From NCBI GenBank assembly GCA_036404395.1, contig DASWZP010000168.1, positions 15,400 through 79,399 on the forward strand: DNA of 64,000 bases. Reading direction: 5' to 3'. The stretch comes from Bryobacteraceae bacterium. GTDB lineage: Bacteria > Acidobacteriota > Terriglobia > Bryobacterales > Bryobacteraceae. The notes under the pieces are model-generated. The model saw only the letters and a program-made list of their open reading frames with translations, did no database searches and was not told where the DNA came from. Each line of letters starts with the position of its first letter. Position 1 is the first letter of the stretch. Positions 8,253 to 17,920 of the stretch are shown piece by piece. A program made the position numbers and the translations under genes.

Positions 8253-8353
8253 GGTACCACAGAAAAGGGTACGAGCACATGAAAGACCTTGAGAGTTCTT
8301 ACACCACTTTGTGGTCAGCCCCCCTGGTACCGGAGCTGGTACCCGAGTGGTAC
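8253..8353. promoter_or_regulatory. array of GGTAC(C) boxes upstream of the receiver gene
   Basis: GGTACC at 8253, 8326, 8338 and 8348; GGTACG at 8269. The last three form TGGTACC direct repeats with 12-nt and 10-nt start-to-start spacing. Confidence 0.5.
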
Positions 8354-8469
8354 CTCATCGCCGTTTGTAGAGGTATCAGGCCTTCTTGGATTGATCTAAG
8401 CTCTAATCGCGGCTCTCTATGTAACAGGTCGGGATGACTTACTCAGAAGTTAGACCGACAGGACCCATC

Positions 8470-8916
8470 ATGCACATCCTGGTGGCAGAAGACAACTTGG
8501 TTTTTCAAACGGTGTTGCAGTCCATGCTAACGCAGTGGGGCTATGACGTGGTGGTGGCGAGCGATGGAGAGGAAGCATGGTGCCGGCTGCAACCCGACGA
8601 GGGCCCGCGGCTCGCGATTCTCGATTGGGTGATGCCGGGTATGGATGGCATCGAGGTGTGCCGCCGGGTGCGCGCCAGCAACCGCCTGCACTATACTTAT
8701 ATCCTGATTCTCACTGCAAAGACGGGCAGCGAAGATCTCGTCACCGCCATGGAGGCTGGAGCCGACGATTACGTTACCAAACCGTTCAAGTCCGCTGAAC
8801 TGAGGGCCCGTCTGCGAGTGGGCTGCCGGGTTCTCGAATTGCAGGAGAGACTCCAGTTGGGCTGTCAGCCTTTGGTCCTCGCTCCTGACACAAGGGGCGA
8901 AGTTAAGAGCGCCTGA
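8470..8916 (+). CDS. stand-alone response-regulator receiver protein
   Basis: HILVAEDN...LAILDWVMPGMDG...LILTAK...DYVTKPF carries all canonical REC residues. The start could be 8434 or 8470. Confidence 0.85.
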   Translation: MHILVAEDNLVFQTVLQSMLTQWGYDVVVASDGEEAWCRLQPDEGPRLAILDWVMPGMDGIEVCRRVRASNRLHYTYILILTAKTGSEDLVTAMEAGADDYVTKPFKSAELRARLRVGCRVLELQERLQLGCQPLVLAPDTRGEVKSA

Positions 8917-9431
8917 GCGACTCAATTTGTCACTGCACGCCACAATCTCGCCGTAGGACGGAGAGGGAGGAGTCAGCTCGATTGAGAAACGGCTTCCTAT
9001 GGCGCTGCTCTGACCGGGATTGGGGCCGACTGCAACGGCCGTGCCAAGGCGAGATTTCACTCTCGCACTAGCGCGATTGTAGCACCAGCAAAAAGTGGAT
9101 ACCCAGTTTTGACGAGGGCGTAATCGCGCGAAACTCCGCGCCACCGATTTGTCGCGCTGCAATGACAAGCAGACCAGGACCCTGATATCGTTGGTCTACT
9201 ATCGTTAGTAGTGCTAAGAGCAGTCTTGCAACCGACGGGGATCGGTCATATCGTTGGACCAGCCCCGTGTGCCCACATGGGCCTACGGAGCCGCTTGGCC
9301 CCTAGCTGCCACCGTGGCTAGGTTTTACCGTCGGGCTGGGTTACCGGACGCTTGACCGACGCGGAAGGACGCCGGCTCTGGTCAACCGCGCCGGGCACGA
9401 TCGAAGACAAGAGAGAGGCTGCAAGTTAGCC

Positions 9432-11636
9432 ATGGCCAGGCGAGAAGCTGAGGCGCGACTGCCGGGGAGGGCGACGGACCCTGGTGTGCGTTCCTCTTCC
9501 CTCATCATCGCCGCGATTATAATGCTGGCGGGCGGCGGACCCTCGGGCCTTTGCCGGGCACAGGCGCAAGGAACGCTGCCGGTTCTCACCCAGGCGGCTC
9601 AAGTCCGCGCCCTCACCTCCAGGGAAGCCCAGCGCCAGTATCCGATCCGGCTGCAAGGTGTACTGACCTACTACATGCCCGAACTACGTCTGACATTCTT
9701 TCAGGACTCCACGGCGGGCATATACGTCAACATTCTGGAAACGCCACCGGTGGCGCACACCGGAGATCTGGTCGAGGTCCGTGGGGTGTCCGGGGCTGGG
9801 TTTTTTGCGCCGGAGGTCGAACGCCCTGCGATACGCGTGCTCGGCAAATCGCCGCTGCCGCCGGCTCGCCGTGTTGCGCTGGAAGACTTGCTCAGCGGTG
9901 AGCAGGACAGTCAGTTTGTCGAAGTGAGTGGCATTGTACGCTCAGCGCGGATGGAGAGCATGATATTAGCCCACAGGCAAGAAGGCCTTCCGGCGCTGGC
10001 ACTTGTCGTGGCGAGTCACCGGAACAAGTTCAAGGCATGGATCACCGGCTTTGACCGGACTGCCGATTATGCGTCTCTGGTGGATGCGCGCGTCGCCGTG
10101 CGCGGAGCCTGTGGAGCGCTGTTCAATGAGAAGCGGCAATTAATTGGAATCCAACTGTTCGTGCCGGGCAGGGAGCAGGTGCAAATCGAAGAAGCCGTTC
10201 GTGGGGACCCTTATGCGCTCCGGGCGCTCCCAACCGGCAACTTGATGCAGTTCACGCCGGAAACGATGTCGGGTCACAGGATTCGGGTACAAGGAGCCGT
10301 GACTCTCGACGAACCGGGCCGGTTCCTCTACATCCAGGACGCATCCGGTGGCGTCAGGGTAGTGAGCTCGCAAAGCGAAGGCGTGCGGATCGGCGACAGT
10401 GTCGATGCGATCGGATTCCCCACCGCCGGGCAGTACGCACCAGTTCTGGAAGATGGCGCCTTCAAGCGGATCGGCGCCGCTACGGCGCCCGCGCCGGTGG
10501 ATTTGACACACGCCAGCAGGTTGACCGGCGACCACGACGCCGAACTGATTCGGATCCAGGGCACATTGTTGGGCCGCTCGGTGCAAGATGACGATCTCGT
10601 GCTGGCAATGGAGACGAACGGCGCCACCTTTACCGCCTTGTTGAGCAACAACGGCTCCAGCACCCGGGCGCGGTCCATTCCGGTCGGCAGCCGACTGAAC
10701 ATAACGGGAGTGTGGTCCGTCGAAACCGATGAGTTGCGCAGAGCGACGTCTTTTCGTGTGTTACTTCGCTCCGCGGCGGACATCGCCGTGATCGAGTTGC
10801 CATCGTGGTGGAGCGCTACGCGCGTTGTTGTGCTGCTGGGAGCGCTGGCGATCATCATTACCGTGAGTTCCCTGTGGGTGATCGTTTTGCGCCGCCGCGT
10901 GCATGCGCAGACGGCCGCATTGCGCTCGCAGGCCGCCGAGTTGTCCCGCTCCAATGCCGAACTGGAGCAGTTTGCTTACGTGGCTTCCCATGACTTGCAG
11001 GAGCCCCTGCGGATGGTCTCGAGCTATACCCAACTGCTGGCCCGGCGCTACCAGGGCCAATTGGGCGAGGATGCCGACGAGTTCATTGCGTTTGCGGTTG
11101 ACGGGGCGAAGCGCATGCAAGCTCTGATTAACGACCTGCTGGCGTATTCGCGGGTGGGGACGAAGGGCGGTGAATTGCGCCTTACCGATGCGGAGGCCGC
11201 GTTCTCGAGCGCCCTGGTGAATGTGCGAGCGGCCATCGAAGCCAGCGGCGCGGTGATTCGGCATTCCCCGCTGCCCACCGTCTATGCCGATCCGGTCCAG
11301 CTCGTTCAGGTGTTTCAGAACCTGCTGGGAAACGCAATCAAGTTTCACGACAGTGCGCCACCCGAAATCGGGGTTGCCTGCGAAGACGCTCCCGAAGAGT
11401 GGTGTTTCTCCGTTTGCGACAACGGTATCGGGATTGACCCGAAGTATACCGACCGGATATTTCAGGTCTTCCAGCGCCTGCACACCAGGAAAGATTACCC
11501 GGGCACGGGGATTGGGCTGGCGATCTGCAAGAAAATCGCGGAGCGTCACGGAGGCCGGATATGGGTAGCGTCGCAGCCCGGCCAAGGCGCCACATTCCAT
11601 TTCACGATTCGCAAGAACGGAGAACACACACGGTGA
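9432..11636 (+). CDS. sensor histidine kinase with a four-repeat periplasmic sensor paralogous to the one in 4626-8219
   Basis: Sensor repeats align with the hybrid kinase, for example [22 protein letters not shown] versus GVCASLFNARRQIVGIQIYVPS, and [20 protein letters not shown] versus FSLVLRSAGDIAVVRSAPWW. H-box [16 protein letters not shown] (phytochrome-type HisKA). HATPase [18 protein letters not shown]. Confidence 0.9.
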   Translation: MARREAEARLPGRATDPGVRSSSLIIAAIIMLAGGGPSGLCRAQAQGTLPVLTQAAQVRALTSREAQRQYPIRLQGVLTYYMPELRLTFFQDSTAGIYVNILETPPVAHTGDLVEVRGVSGAGFFAPEVERPAIRVLGKSPLPPARRVALEDLLSGEQDSQFVEVSGIVRSARMESMILAHRQEGLPALALVVASHRNKFKAWITGFDRTADYASLVDARVAVRGACGALFNEKRQLIGIQLFVPGREQVQIEEAVRGDPYALRALPTGNLMQFTPETMSGHRIRVQGAVTLDEPGRFLYIQDASGGVRVVSSQSEGVRIGDSVDAIGFPTAGQYAPVLEDGAFKRIGAATAPAPVDLTHASRLTGDHDAELIRIQGTLLGRSVQDDDLVLAMETNGATFTALLSNNGSSTRARSIPVGSRLNITGVWSVETDELRRATSFRVLLRSAADIAVIELPSWWSATRVVVLLGALAIIITVSSLWVIVLRRRVHAQTAALRSQAAELSRSNAELEQFAYVASHDLQEPLRMVSSYTQLLARRYQGQLGEDADEFIAFAVDGAKRMQALINDLLAYSRVGTKGGELRLTDAEAAFSSALVNVRAAIEASGAVIRHSPLPTVYADPVQLVQVFQNLLGNAIKFHDSAPPEIGVACEDAPEEWCFSVCDNGIGIDPKYTDRIFQVFQRLHTRKDYPGTGIGLAICKKIAERHGGRIWVASQPGQGATFHFTIRKNGEHTR

Positions 11637-12073
11637 CGAGCCAGGCGACGAGATCGATTGAGGTGCTGTTGGTGGAAGACAATCCGGGCGATGTTCGTTT
11701 GACGATGGAGGCCATGCGGGAGAGCAAGGTACTCGTCAATCTCAGCGTTGCGCCGGACGGGGAAGAGGCGCTCGCGTTTCTCCGGAAACAGGGCGCATAC
11801 CAGGGGGCGCCGCGCCCCGATCTGATTCTCATGGACCTCAATCTTCCCAAGAAGGATGGCCGTGAGGTGCTGGCCGAAATCAAGTTCGATGCCGACCTGC
11901 GGCGCATACCCGTGGTGGTCCTGACGACGTCGCGCGCCGAGGAGGACATTTTGCGCACATACAACCTGCACGCGAACTGTTTTATCACGAAGCCCGTCGA
12001 CTTAGACCAGTTCATCACGGTGGTGGCGGCGATCAGCGACTTCTGGTTTTCGGTGGTGCGGCTACCCACATAG
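11633..12073 (+). CDS. Rcp1-like single-domain response regulator
   Basis: The GTG at 11633 overlaps the kinase stop (GTGA). [15 protein letters not shown]...[13 protein letters not shown]...VVVLTTS...NCFITKP. Confidence 0.85.
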   Translation: MTSQATRSIEVLLVEDNPGDVRLTMEAMRESKVLVNLSVAPDGEEALAFLRKQGAYQGAPRPDLILMDLNLPKKDGREVLAEIKFDADLRRIPVVVLTTSRAEEDILRTYNLHANCFITKPVDLDQFITVVAAISDFWFSVVRLPT

Positions 12074-12094
12074 CGGAGAAGGATCAGGTGACTT

Positions 12095-13273
12095 ATGCAG
12101 GAACGCAACGTTCTGCTCATAGAAGATAATCCCGGCGACGCCCGATTAGTGCAGGAGATGCTGGCGGACGCCGAAGGCGATTCGTATCGGGTTCACACCG
12201 CCGCCTCCCTGGTGGCCGCCCTGGACGCGCTGGCGCATGAGAGATTCGACGTGGCACTGGTCGATCTCTCCTTGCCGGACTCCAATGGGCTGGAGACGTT
12301 GTTGACCGTCCAGCGGCACGCGCCCTCGCTGCCCATGGTGGCGCTCACTGGGCTCAGGAGCGAATCGATGGCGCTGGCTGCCGTGAAGCAAGGCGCCCAG
12401 GACTACCTGGTGAAGGGTACGCTCACGACCGAATCGCTGGTTCGTGCCCTGCAATACGCCATGATGAGGCGGCAGAGTTCCGCCGGGCCGGCCGACGCAC
12501 AGCCGGCCACGGTGGTAGGCTTCCTCGGCGCCAAGGGAGGAGTGGGCACAACCACCATCGCATGCCATTCGGCGCTCGAACTGCAGCAACAAACCAAGAA
12601 GAAGGTGTTGCTGATCGATTTGGACACCAGTTCCGCATCGGCTTCGTTCTTGATGGACGCGCACTCCGAGTACACCATCGCGGACGCGGCCGTCAACTTG
12701 CACCGCTTGGATCCGTCCTTTTGGAATAGCCTGGTGTGCAGCACGCCGCATGGGGTTGACCTCCTGCAGTCGCCCGGCGCGAAGAGGTCTTACGAGCCGC
12801 TCGACGGTGAGCGCGTTCGTCACGTCCTCAGGTTTGCGCGCGCGCTTTACGGCTACATCGTGGTGGACCTCGGACGTCTCACCGGGTTCTCCCTCAACCT
12901 GACCACGGAGGTGAATGAGCTGTTTGTCGTCACCACGCCGGAAGTACCCTCGCTGTACGAGGCCGGTTATGTTCTAAAGAAGCTTCTCGATCCGGGGATA
13001 ACAGGCGGACGGACGCAGTTGATTCTCAACCGGGTGCTGAAAGGGGGATCGTCTAACATCGGCGATCTCGAGCAGGCCTTGGGTCATCCGGTTTGCGCGA
13101 CGATTGGCGACTGCTCCCGCGAGGTGCACGAGGCCTACGGAAACGGCCGGTTTCTCGATGAGCGGCTGCCGTTGCGCAAGCCAGTGCGGCAACTCGTCGC
13201 CAAACTCCTCGGTGTCGCCGAGGAACCCAAGTCGCCACCGAAAACCGGGCGGGGGCTGTTCCGGTTTGCATGA
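12095..13273 (+). CDS. receiver domain fused to a TadZ/CpaE-like (MinD/ParA-superfamily) ATPase
   Basis: The N-terminal REC has canonical D/T/K residues (VALVDLSLPDSNG, VALTG, DYLVKG). The C-terminal half has the deviant Walker A GAKGGVGTTTIA typical of CpaE/TadZ. Confidence 0.8.
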   Translation: MQERNVLLIEDNPGDARLVQEMLADAEGDSYRVHTAASLVAALDALAHERFDVALVDLSLPDSNGLETLLTVQRHAPSLPMVALTGLRSESMALAAVKQGAQDYLVKGTLTTESLVRALQYAMMRRQSSAGPADAQPATVVGFLGAKGGVGTTTIACHSALELQQQTKKKVLLIDLDTSSASASFLMDAHSEYTIADAAVNLHRLDPSFWNSLVCSTPHGVDLLQSPGAKRSYEPLDGERVRHVLRFARALYGYIVVDLGRLTGFSLNLTTEVNELFVVTTPEVPSLYEAGYVLKKLLDPGITGGRTQLILNRVLKGGSSNIGDLEQALGHPVCATIGDCSREVHEAYGNGRFLDERLPLRKPVRQLVAKLLGVAEEPKSPPKTGRGLFRFA

Positions 13274-13301
13274 GTTCAGATTCTGAGATTACCGGTCGTG
13301 G

Positions 13302-13345
13302 GGACAAGCTCGAAAGCCTTCGCAGGCCGGGGGCCTGCGCTACGG
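13302..13345 (+). repeat. 44-nt structured intergenic repeat, family F2, copy 2
   Basis: GGACAAGCTCGAAAGCCTTCGCAGGCCGGGGGCCTGCGCTACGG. The hairpin GCAGGC-CGGGG-GCCTGC is perfect in this copy. Confidence 0.8.
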
Positions 13346-13349
13346 GAGC

Positions 13350-14825
13350 CTACGGCGCGGCGGGAGAGCTGGCGGCTTCGCTATACACGGCGGTGAAGAA
13401 ATCACGCGAGCTGGGCGAAGGGCCTATATGCAGGCTTTCGCGGCCCACTTCCACAAAGCCGAGGTAGCCGTCGTCGCCTAAGTCGTCGAGGACGAAGCGC
13501 AGGCATTCGAGCTCCATCGGCGGAAGGCCCGAGTAATCGATATCGAAGACCTGGCCGGAGCTGTGAGCCGCCTCGTCGCGCCGATCCTGCAACTGCGCCA
13601 GGTCCTCCGGCGCCACCAGTGCCGTGACCGGCAATGGGCGAAACTTCTCCTGGTTCATTTCCATGGTCTCGAAGAGGCGCCGCGTCTCGAAGGCAATGTA
13701 CATCAGGGCGCCGAGCGTGGCGGGGGACGCCGCGGCAAGCTCCCCGGGGTCGCCGACGGCGGCGGCGGGGAAGTGTAAAGCGTAACCGAAGAACTCGGGC
13801 CGCTCGATCGCCCTGGCCAACAGCTTGCCATTGTCGGCGCGAATGTCCTCGTCCGAACGGAAGATCAGATCCTCGCGCTTCAGCCACACCGAAAGGCGAT
13901 GCGGGGCGCGGCCGACGGTATTGAATTGGCTCTTGTTGGCGTCGGCCAGCGCGGCGAAGGCGGCCGGGTCGGAACGGTAGAGGGCCAGCAGTTGAGCGGC
14001 GCACAAGATGCGGAAATAATAAGTGGGCGAGTAGTCGCGCAGCATCTGCTGCTGGACGGCGAGGTAGAGTTCGCGGTTCCAGGCAGGGTTCGAAGAGAAG
14101 TACATGCGCGGCACGGTGATCTGGTCCCTGGGAATACCGTGCGCGCGGCGCGTCAATTCCTGCATTTCGGCCACGCATCCCTGCCCGCAATGGTAAGCGA
14201 AGATGGCCCAGTCGCGGCTGCCGAAGGTGCGCTCCATGCCGGCCAGATAGCGGGCGGCGGCGGGAATGGCGCGTTCCGGAATCAGGCGCTCGTCGCGGGT
14301 AAGCACGGTATAGGGCACGCGGTGGCTGACGGTCTTGTACTTCACTTTCCCGCCGGCGCTCTTCACGCGCACCTTCACCCTGACCGTGCGGTAGCGCGTG
14401 ACTTGCCCCACTTTGAGTCCCATGGTGCGCGCGGTCGCGAGCGAGATCTGCATGATCCCGCGCGGGCTGCCGGCCCAGCTTTCCGCGCTGACGTCGCCCC
14501 AGCTTTCGAGATACGCAATCGCCTCCAGCACATCCTGCGGGAAACCGCTGGCTGCGGCGGCGGAGCGGAACACGGCTTGCAGCTTGGGATCGGTGGTCAC
14601 GCGCTTGGCTCCGGCCACGGCTTTGGGTTCCCGCATGATGAAAAATGTCTGCGATTCCACCATCAGCCGCGTGCGCGCGGCCAGCGCGTCATCGGAAAGG
14701 CCGTCGCGGTCCACACCGATCCCGGCCAGCCTGTGCTCTGGCGCAAAGTAGCCGGAGGAGGCGGCTTGGGAAAGCGAGGCGAGGCAGAAGACCAAGCAGA
14801 AGAGAGGGAGGGCCGCGATTTTCAT
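13350..14825 (-). CDS. secreted lytic transglycosylase (SLT) domain protein
   Basis: Signal peptide MKIAALPLFCLVFCLASLSQA. SLT motifs EAIAYLESWG and GIMQISLATAR. The C-terminal half is uncharacterised. Confidence 0.75.
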   Translation of the reverse strand: MKIAALPLFCLVFCLASLSQAASSGYFAPEHRLAGIGVDRDGLSDDALAARTRLMVESQTFFIMREPKAVAGAKRVTTDPKLQAVFRSAAAASGFPQDVLEAIAYLESWGDVSAESWAGSPRGIMQISLATARTMGLKVGQVTRYRTVRVKVRVKSAGGKVKYKTVSHRVPYTVLTRDERLIPERAIPAAARYLAGMERTFGSRDWAIFAYHCGQGCVAEMQELTRRAHGIPRDQITVPRMYFSSNPAWNRELYLAVQQQMLRDYSPTYYFRILCAAQLLALYRSDPAAFAALADANKSQFNTVGRAPHRLSVWLKREDLIFRSDEDIRADNGKLLARAIERPEFFGYALHFPAAAVGDPGELAAASPATLGALMYIAFETRRLFETMEMNQEKFRPLPVTALVAPEDLAQLQDRRDEAAHSSGQVFDIDYSGLPPMELECLRFVLDDLGDDGYLGFVEVGRESLHIGPSPSSRDFFTAVYSEAASSPAAP

Positions 14826-14856
14826 GGCTTACTCCAGTGTAGTGGCAGGGCGGGAG

Positions 14857-14906
14857 AAAAAAACGCGCCAGCAAGCTGGCGTTGGCAAGCTAAAGCATGC
14901 CCTACC
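14857..14906 (-). repeat. box + hairpin + U-tract element, family F1, copy A (orphan, in a divergent promoter region)
   Basis: Minus strand reads GGTAGGGCATGCTTTAGCTTGCCAA-CGCCAG-CTTG-CTGGCG-CGTTTTTTT. It lies 31 nt upstream of the SLT gene start. Confidence 0.75.
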
Positions 14907-14938
14907 TAGGCGAAGTGTGGGTACAATGAGGATTCGCC

Positions 14939-15967
14939 ATGAAGCCATATCCGGTTCTGCTCCTGGCGGCGGGGTGCGCCCTGTTTCAGGTTGCGTGCAA
15001 ACACGCGCCGCCCGCCAATGTTGCCGCGGTGGTGAACGGTCACCCCATCACCTACATGGAGCTCGAAAAGATCTACAAGACGCAGTACCCGCAACAGCCG
15101 GAGGCCGTCAATAAAGACCTGGTGATGTCGCAGAGGCTGGACCTGCTGACCAGCCTGATCACCAACGAGATCCTCTTGCAGCGCGCCGAAAAGCTGGGAC
15201 TCACGGCGGTGGATGCCGATGTGGATACAGAGATCAACAAGATGAAGGCTCCCTTCACCAAGGAGGGATTCGAGCGCTGGCTTGCCGACCGGCACATGGC
15301 GATCGGCGATTTGCGCGCGCAGATCCGCCAGCAGCTTACGGTTCAGAAGCTGGTCAACAAGGAGATCACCTCGCAGGTGAACATCACGGACGCCGACGTG
15401 GCGAATTTTTACAACGCCAACAAAGCCAGTTTCAATCTGGCGGAGGCGCAAGTCCACCTGGCGCAAATCCTGGTCACGCCCGATCCCAACACGCCGGTGC
15501 GCAACCTGCGGAACAGCAAGGCCCACAGCGAGGCGGAAGCCAGGGCCAAGATTCAGAACCTGGAAGCGCAGCTCAAGCAGGGCGCCGATTTCGCCCAGTT
15601 GGCGCAAAACTACTCCGAGGACGCGGACTCGGCGCCCAACGGCGGCGACCGCGGATTCATCCCGGAATCGGCGCTGGCCAACTCTTCGCCCGAACTACGC
15701 AAGCTGATTTTGTCGATGCAGCCCAACCAGATCTCGCCGATTATTCCGTCGCCGGATGGGTATCGCATTCTCAAGGTTATTTCCAAGGAATCCGCGGGCC
15801 AGCGCGAGCTCAACGACCCGAACGTGCAGCAGAGCATACGGGAGAACCTGCGCAACGCCAAAGATCAGTTGTTGAAGGCGGCGTATTACGAAGTGGCGCG
15901 CAACGGCTCGAAGATCGAGAACTACCTGGCGCGCAGCATTGTGGAGAACACCGGGCAGAGCAAGTAG
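14939..15967 (+). CDS. SurA-like peptidyl-prolyl isomerase (parvulin domain), probable lipoprotein
   Basis: Lipobox-like LLLAAGC. SurA N-terminal-like region plus a PpiC-type segment (AQILV..., GGDRGFIPE..., GYRILKV). Confidence 0.75.
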   Translation: MKPYPVLLLAAGCALFQVACKHAPPANVAAVVNGHPITYMELEKIYKTQYPQQPEAVNKDLVMSQRLDLLTSLITNEILLQRAEKLGLTAVDADVDTEINKMKAPFTKEGFERWLADRHMAIGDLRAQIRQQLTVQKLVNKEITSQVNITDADVANFYNANKASFNLAEAQVHLAQILVTPDPNTPVRNLRNSKAHSEAEARAKIQNLEAQLKQGADFAQLAQNYSEDADSAPNGGDRGFIPESALANSSPELRKLILSMQPNQISPIIPSPDGYRILKVISKESAGQRELNDPNVQQSIRENLRNAKDQLLKAAYYEVARNGSKIENYLARSIVENTGQSK

Positions 15968-15979
15968 CGAAGCCAAGTC

Positions 15980-16993
15980 ATGCGGGCGTTTGTTTTTGAA
16001 GATGGCTTTTCGCTCGACGCGCTCAAGCTGACCGAACGGCCGCAACCGAAGCCGGGTCCCGGGCAGGCGCTGGTCCGAGTGCGGGCGAATTCCCTGAATT
16101 ACCGCGATCTGGTGGTGGCAAGCGGCGGGTATGGCCGCCACGTGAAACTCCCGCTGATTCCGCTGTCGGACGGCGCCGGCGAGGTGGTCGAGGTGGGAGC
16201 GCGGGTGACGCGGGTTGGTCCGGGCTCGCGAGTGGCCGCCATCTTCATGCAGAGCTGGCTCGAGGGCGCGCTCACCGAAGACAAAAGCAAATCCGCGCTG
16301 GGCGGCGGCATGGACGGGATGCTGGCGGAATACGTGGCGCTGGACGAAGAGGGCCTGGTTCCGATTCCCGAGCACCTCTCTTACGCGGAGGCCGCTACCC
16401 TGCCGTGCGCGGCGGTGACGGCGTGGAATGCGCTGGTGGAGGAAGGCGGAATTCGGGCGGGCGATTCGGTGCTGGTGCTGGGCACCGGCGGTGTCTCGAT
16501 ATTTGCGCTGCAATTCGCGCGCCTGCACGGGGCTCGCGTAATAGCGACTTCGAGCAGCGACGACAAGCTCGCGAGGGCTATTGAGTTGGGCGCATCGGAT
16601 GGCATCAATTACCGGAAGACGCCGGAGTGGGCCAAGCGCGTGCTAGAGCTGACAGGCGGCGCCGGCGTGGATCACGTGATCGAAGTCGGCGGGGCCGGAA
16701 CCTTGCCACAATCGTTCCGCGCGGTGCGTTTTGGAGGGCGCATTAGCTTGATCGGCGTGCTAGCGGAGCCGGGCGCCCAAGTGGATCCGCGTCCGCTGAT
16801 GATGAAGGGCGCGCGCCTGCAAGGGATCTACGTGGGATCGCGCGAGATGTTCGCTAGCATGAACCGGGCGATTGCGCTCGGTGGGTTGCGGCCGGCGATC
16901 GACCGGGTGTTCCCGTTTGCCAAAGCGCCGGAGGCGTATCGTTACATGAAAAACGCGGGGCACTTCGGAAAGATCGTGGTGAGCCAGGAGTGA
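15980..16993 (+). CDS. MDR-family NAD(P)-dependent oxidoreductase (quinone oxidoreductase / alcohol dehydrogenase-like)
   Basis: VRVRANSLNYRDL, a GxGxxG-type VLVLGTGGVSIFALQFA, and a C-terminal GHFGKIVV. Confidence 0.8.
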   Translation: MRAFVFEDGFSLDALKLTERPQPKPGPGQALVRVRANSLNYRDLVVASGGYGRHVKLPLIPLSDGAGEVVEVGARVTRVGPGSRVAAIFMQSWLEGALTEDKSKSALGGGMDGMLAEYVALDEEGLVPIPEHLSYAEAATLPCAAVTAWNALVEEGGIRAGDSVLVLGTGGVSIFALQFARLHGARVIATSSSDDKLARAIELGASDGINYRKTPEWAKRVLELTGGAGVDHVIEVGGAGTLPQSFRAVRFGGRISLIGVLAEPGAQVDPRPLMMKGARLQGIYVGSREMFASMNRAIALGGLRPAIDRVFPFAKAPEAYRYMKNAGHFGKIVVSQE

Positions 16994-16997
16994 GTGG

Positions 16998-17762
16998 TCA
17001 GTTCTCCGAGGGCCTATCTATGCTGTCGATCACCAGAACCTCCACTGGACCTTTTTGCGACTCAAGCCTGAGCCCCAGTTGCTCCCGCAATGCCGTGACC
17101 AACGACGGCGCCGAGGAGTCCGGCGCTTCGTCCGGCGCCCACTCCAGAGTGAAGTCGTAGCTGTCGCTCAGCCCGGTCTTATCCACCACGGTCCGGCCCA
17201 ACCTGTTCCCGACGTAACTTGCCAGTGCCGCCATGGAGACGCCGGTTCCGACCAACTGTGATTTTCCGTCTCCACCGTGGGTGTTCATCGCGGTTCGCTC
17301 GTCCTCGGCTTTCGCCTTGAGCTTCGGGCCGCCCTTTTGATTCTTCTCGAGCACCAACGCGTACACAGTTGACTCCCGCATCTCCCGGTGGGATTTCAAG
17401 TTGAACCGGTCGGTCAGCAGGCTCCTCAGTAGAGGGCTCATTTCGTCCGGCCCAGGCTTCTCCGGCAGGCCCGTCTTCGCCTCGATATCATACCGATCGG
17501 TTTCAAGCCACGCCGGCCCGCCCGCGATCTGGGCGTTCTGGATCTGAAAGGCTGCGCGGATCAGGAGTTTCACCGGCTCGTTGGTGATTCTGAGCCGTCC
17601 GCCTTCGAACACGTTGAAGCTCGTCCCGGCGCCCGGGGCCGCCGAGGTGGGCCGGATCACAGCCACTTCGAAGTGCTGCGGCGATTGCCCGGGGAGACCC
17701 TTCGACAGCAACAGCGCCAGGACTCCCATCACGATGAACCGGCTTAGATCTGAAACGCGCAT
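16998..17762 (-). CDS. TIGR03435-family (soil-associated, Acidobacteria-expanded) secreted protein
   Basis: FEVAVIRP...RLRITNEPVKLLIRAAF...GGPAWLETDRYDIEAK...DKTGLSDSYDFTLEW...LGLRLESQKGPVEVLVIDSIDRPSEN. I chose the start at the internal Met before the signal-like helix. Confidence 0.7.
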   Translation of the reverse strand: MRVSDLSRFIVMGVLALLLSKGLPGQSPQHFEVAVIRPTSAAPGAGTSFNVFEGGRLRITNEPVKLLIRAAFQIQNAQIAGGPAWLETDRYDIEAKTGLPEKPGPDEMSPLLRSLLTDRFNLKSHREMRESTVYALVLEKNQKGGPKLKAKAEDERTAMNTHGGDGKSQLVGTGVSMAALASYVGNRLGRTVVDKTGLSDSYDFTLEWAPDEAPDSSAPSLVTALREQLGLRLESQKGPVEVLVIDSIDRPSEN

Positions 17763-17920
17763 TTCCTGCCCATTACAGACGGACTCCGCGCCGGACGACT
17801 CGGTAGCAGATAGCCGTGGAAAAAACTTGCCAGCACCTGCTCGGGGGTCGCAGCCCGGAGCTCCCTCATAAGTACTGATACGATCGGCGGCGCCTGGAGT
17901 TTGCGCTTTAATGCGGCGCG

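Noticed and set aside
8527-9168. 213-aa minus-strand ORF spanning the receiver gene and the following gap.
   Set aside because: Half of it is antisense to a clear REC gene. The remainder has no recognisable motifs and no plausible ribosome-binding site.
14882-14898. Sigma-54-like promoter TGGCA-N7-GCAT inside the F1 box, repeated at 19887, 54422 and, on the reverse strand, 58250. This was attractive because an NtrC-type activator is in the window.
   Set aside because: The GG-to-GC spacing is one nucleotide shorter than the canonical TGGCAC-N5-TTGC, and the -12 element lacks the TT. Sigma-54 promoters tolerate spacing changes poorly. The opposite-strand terminator reading explains the copies after araD and smc better.
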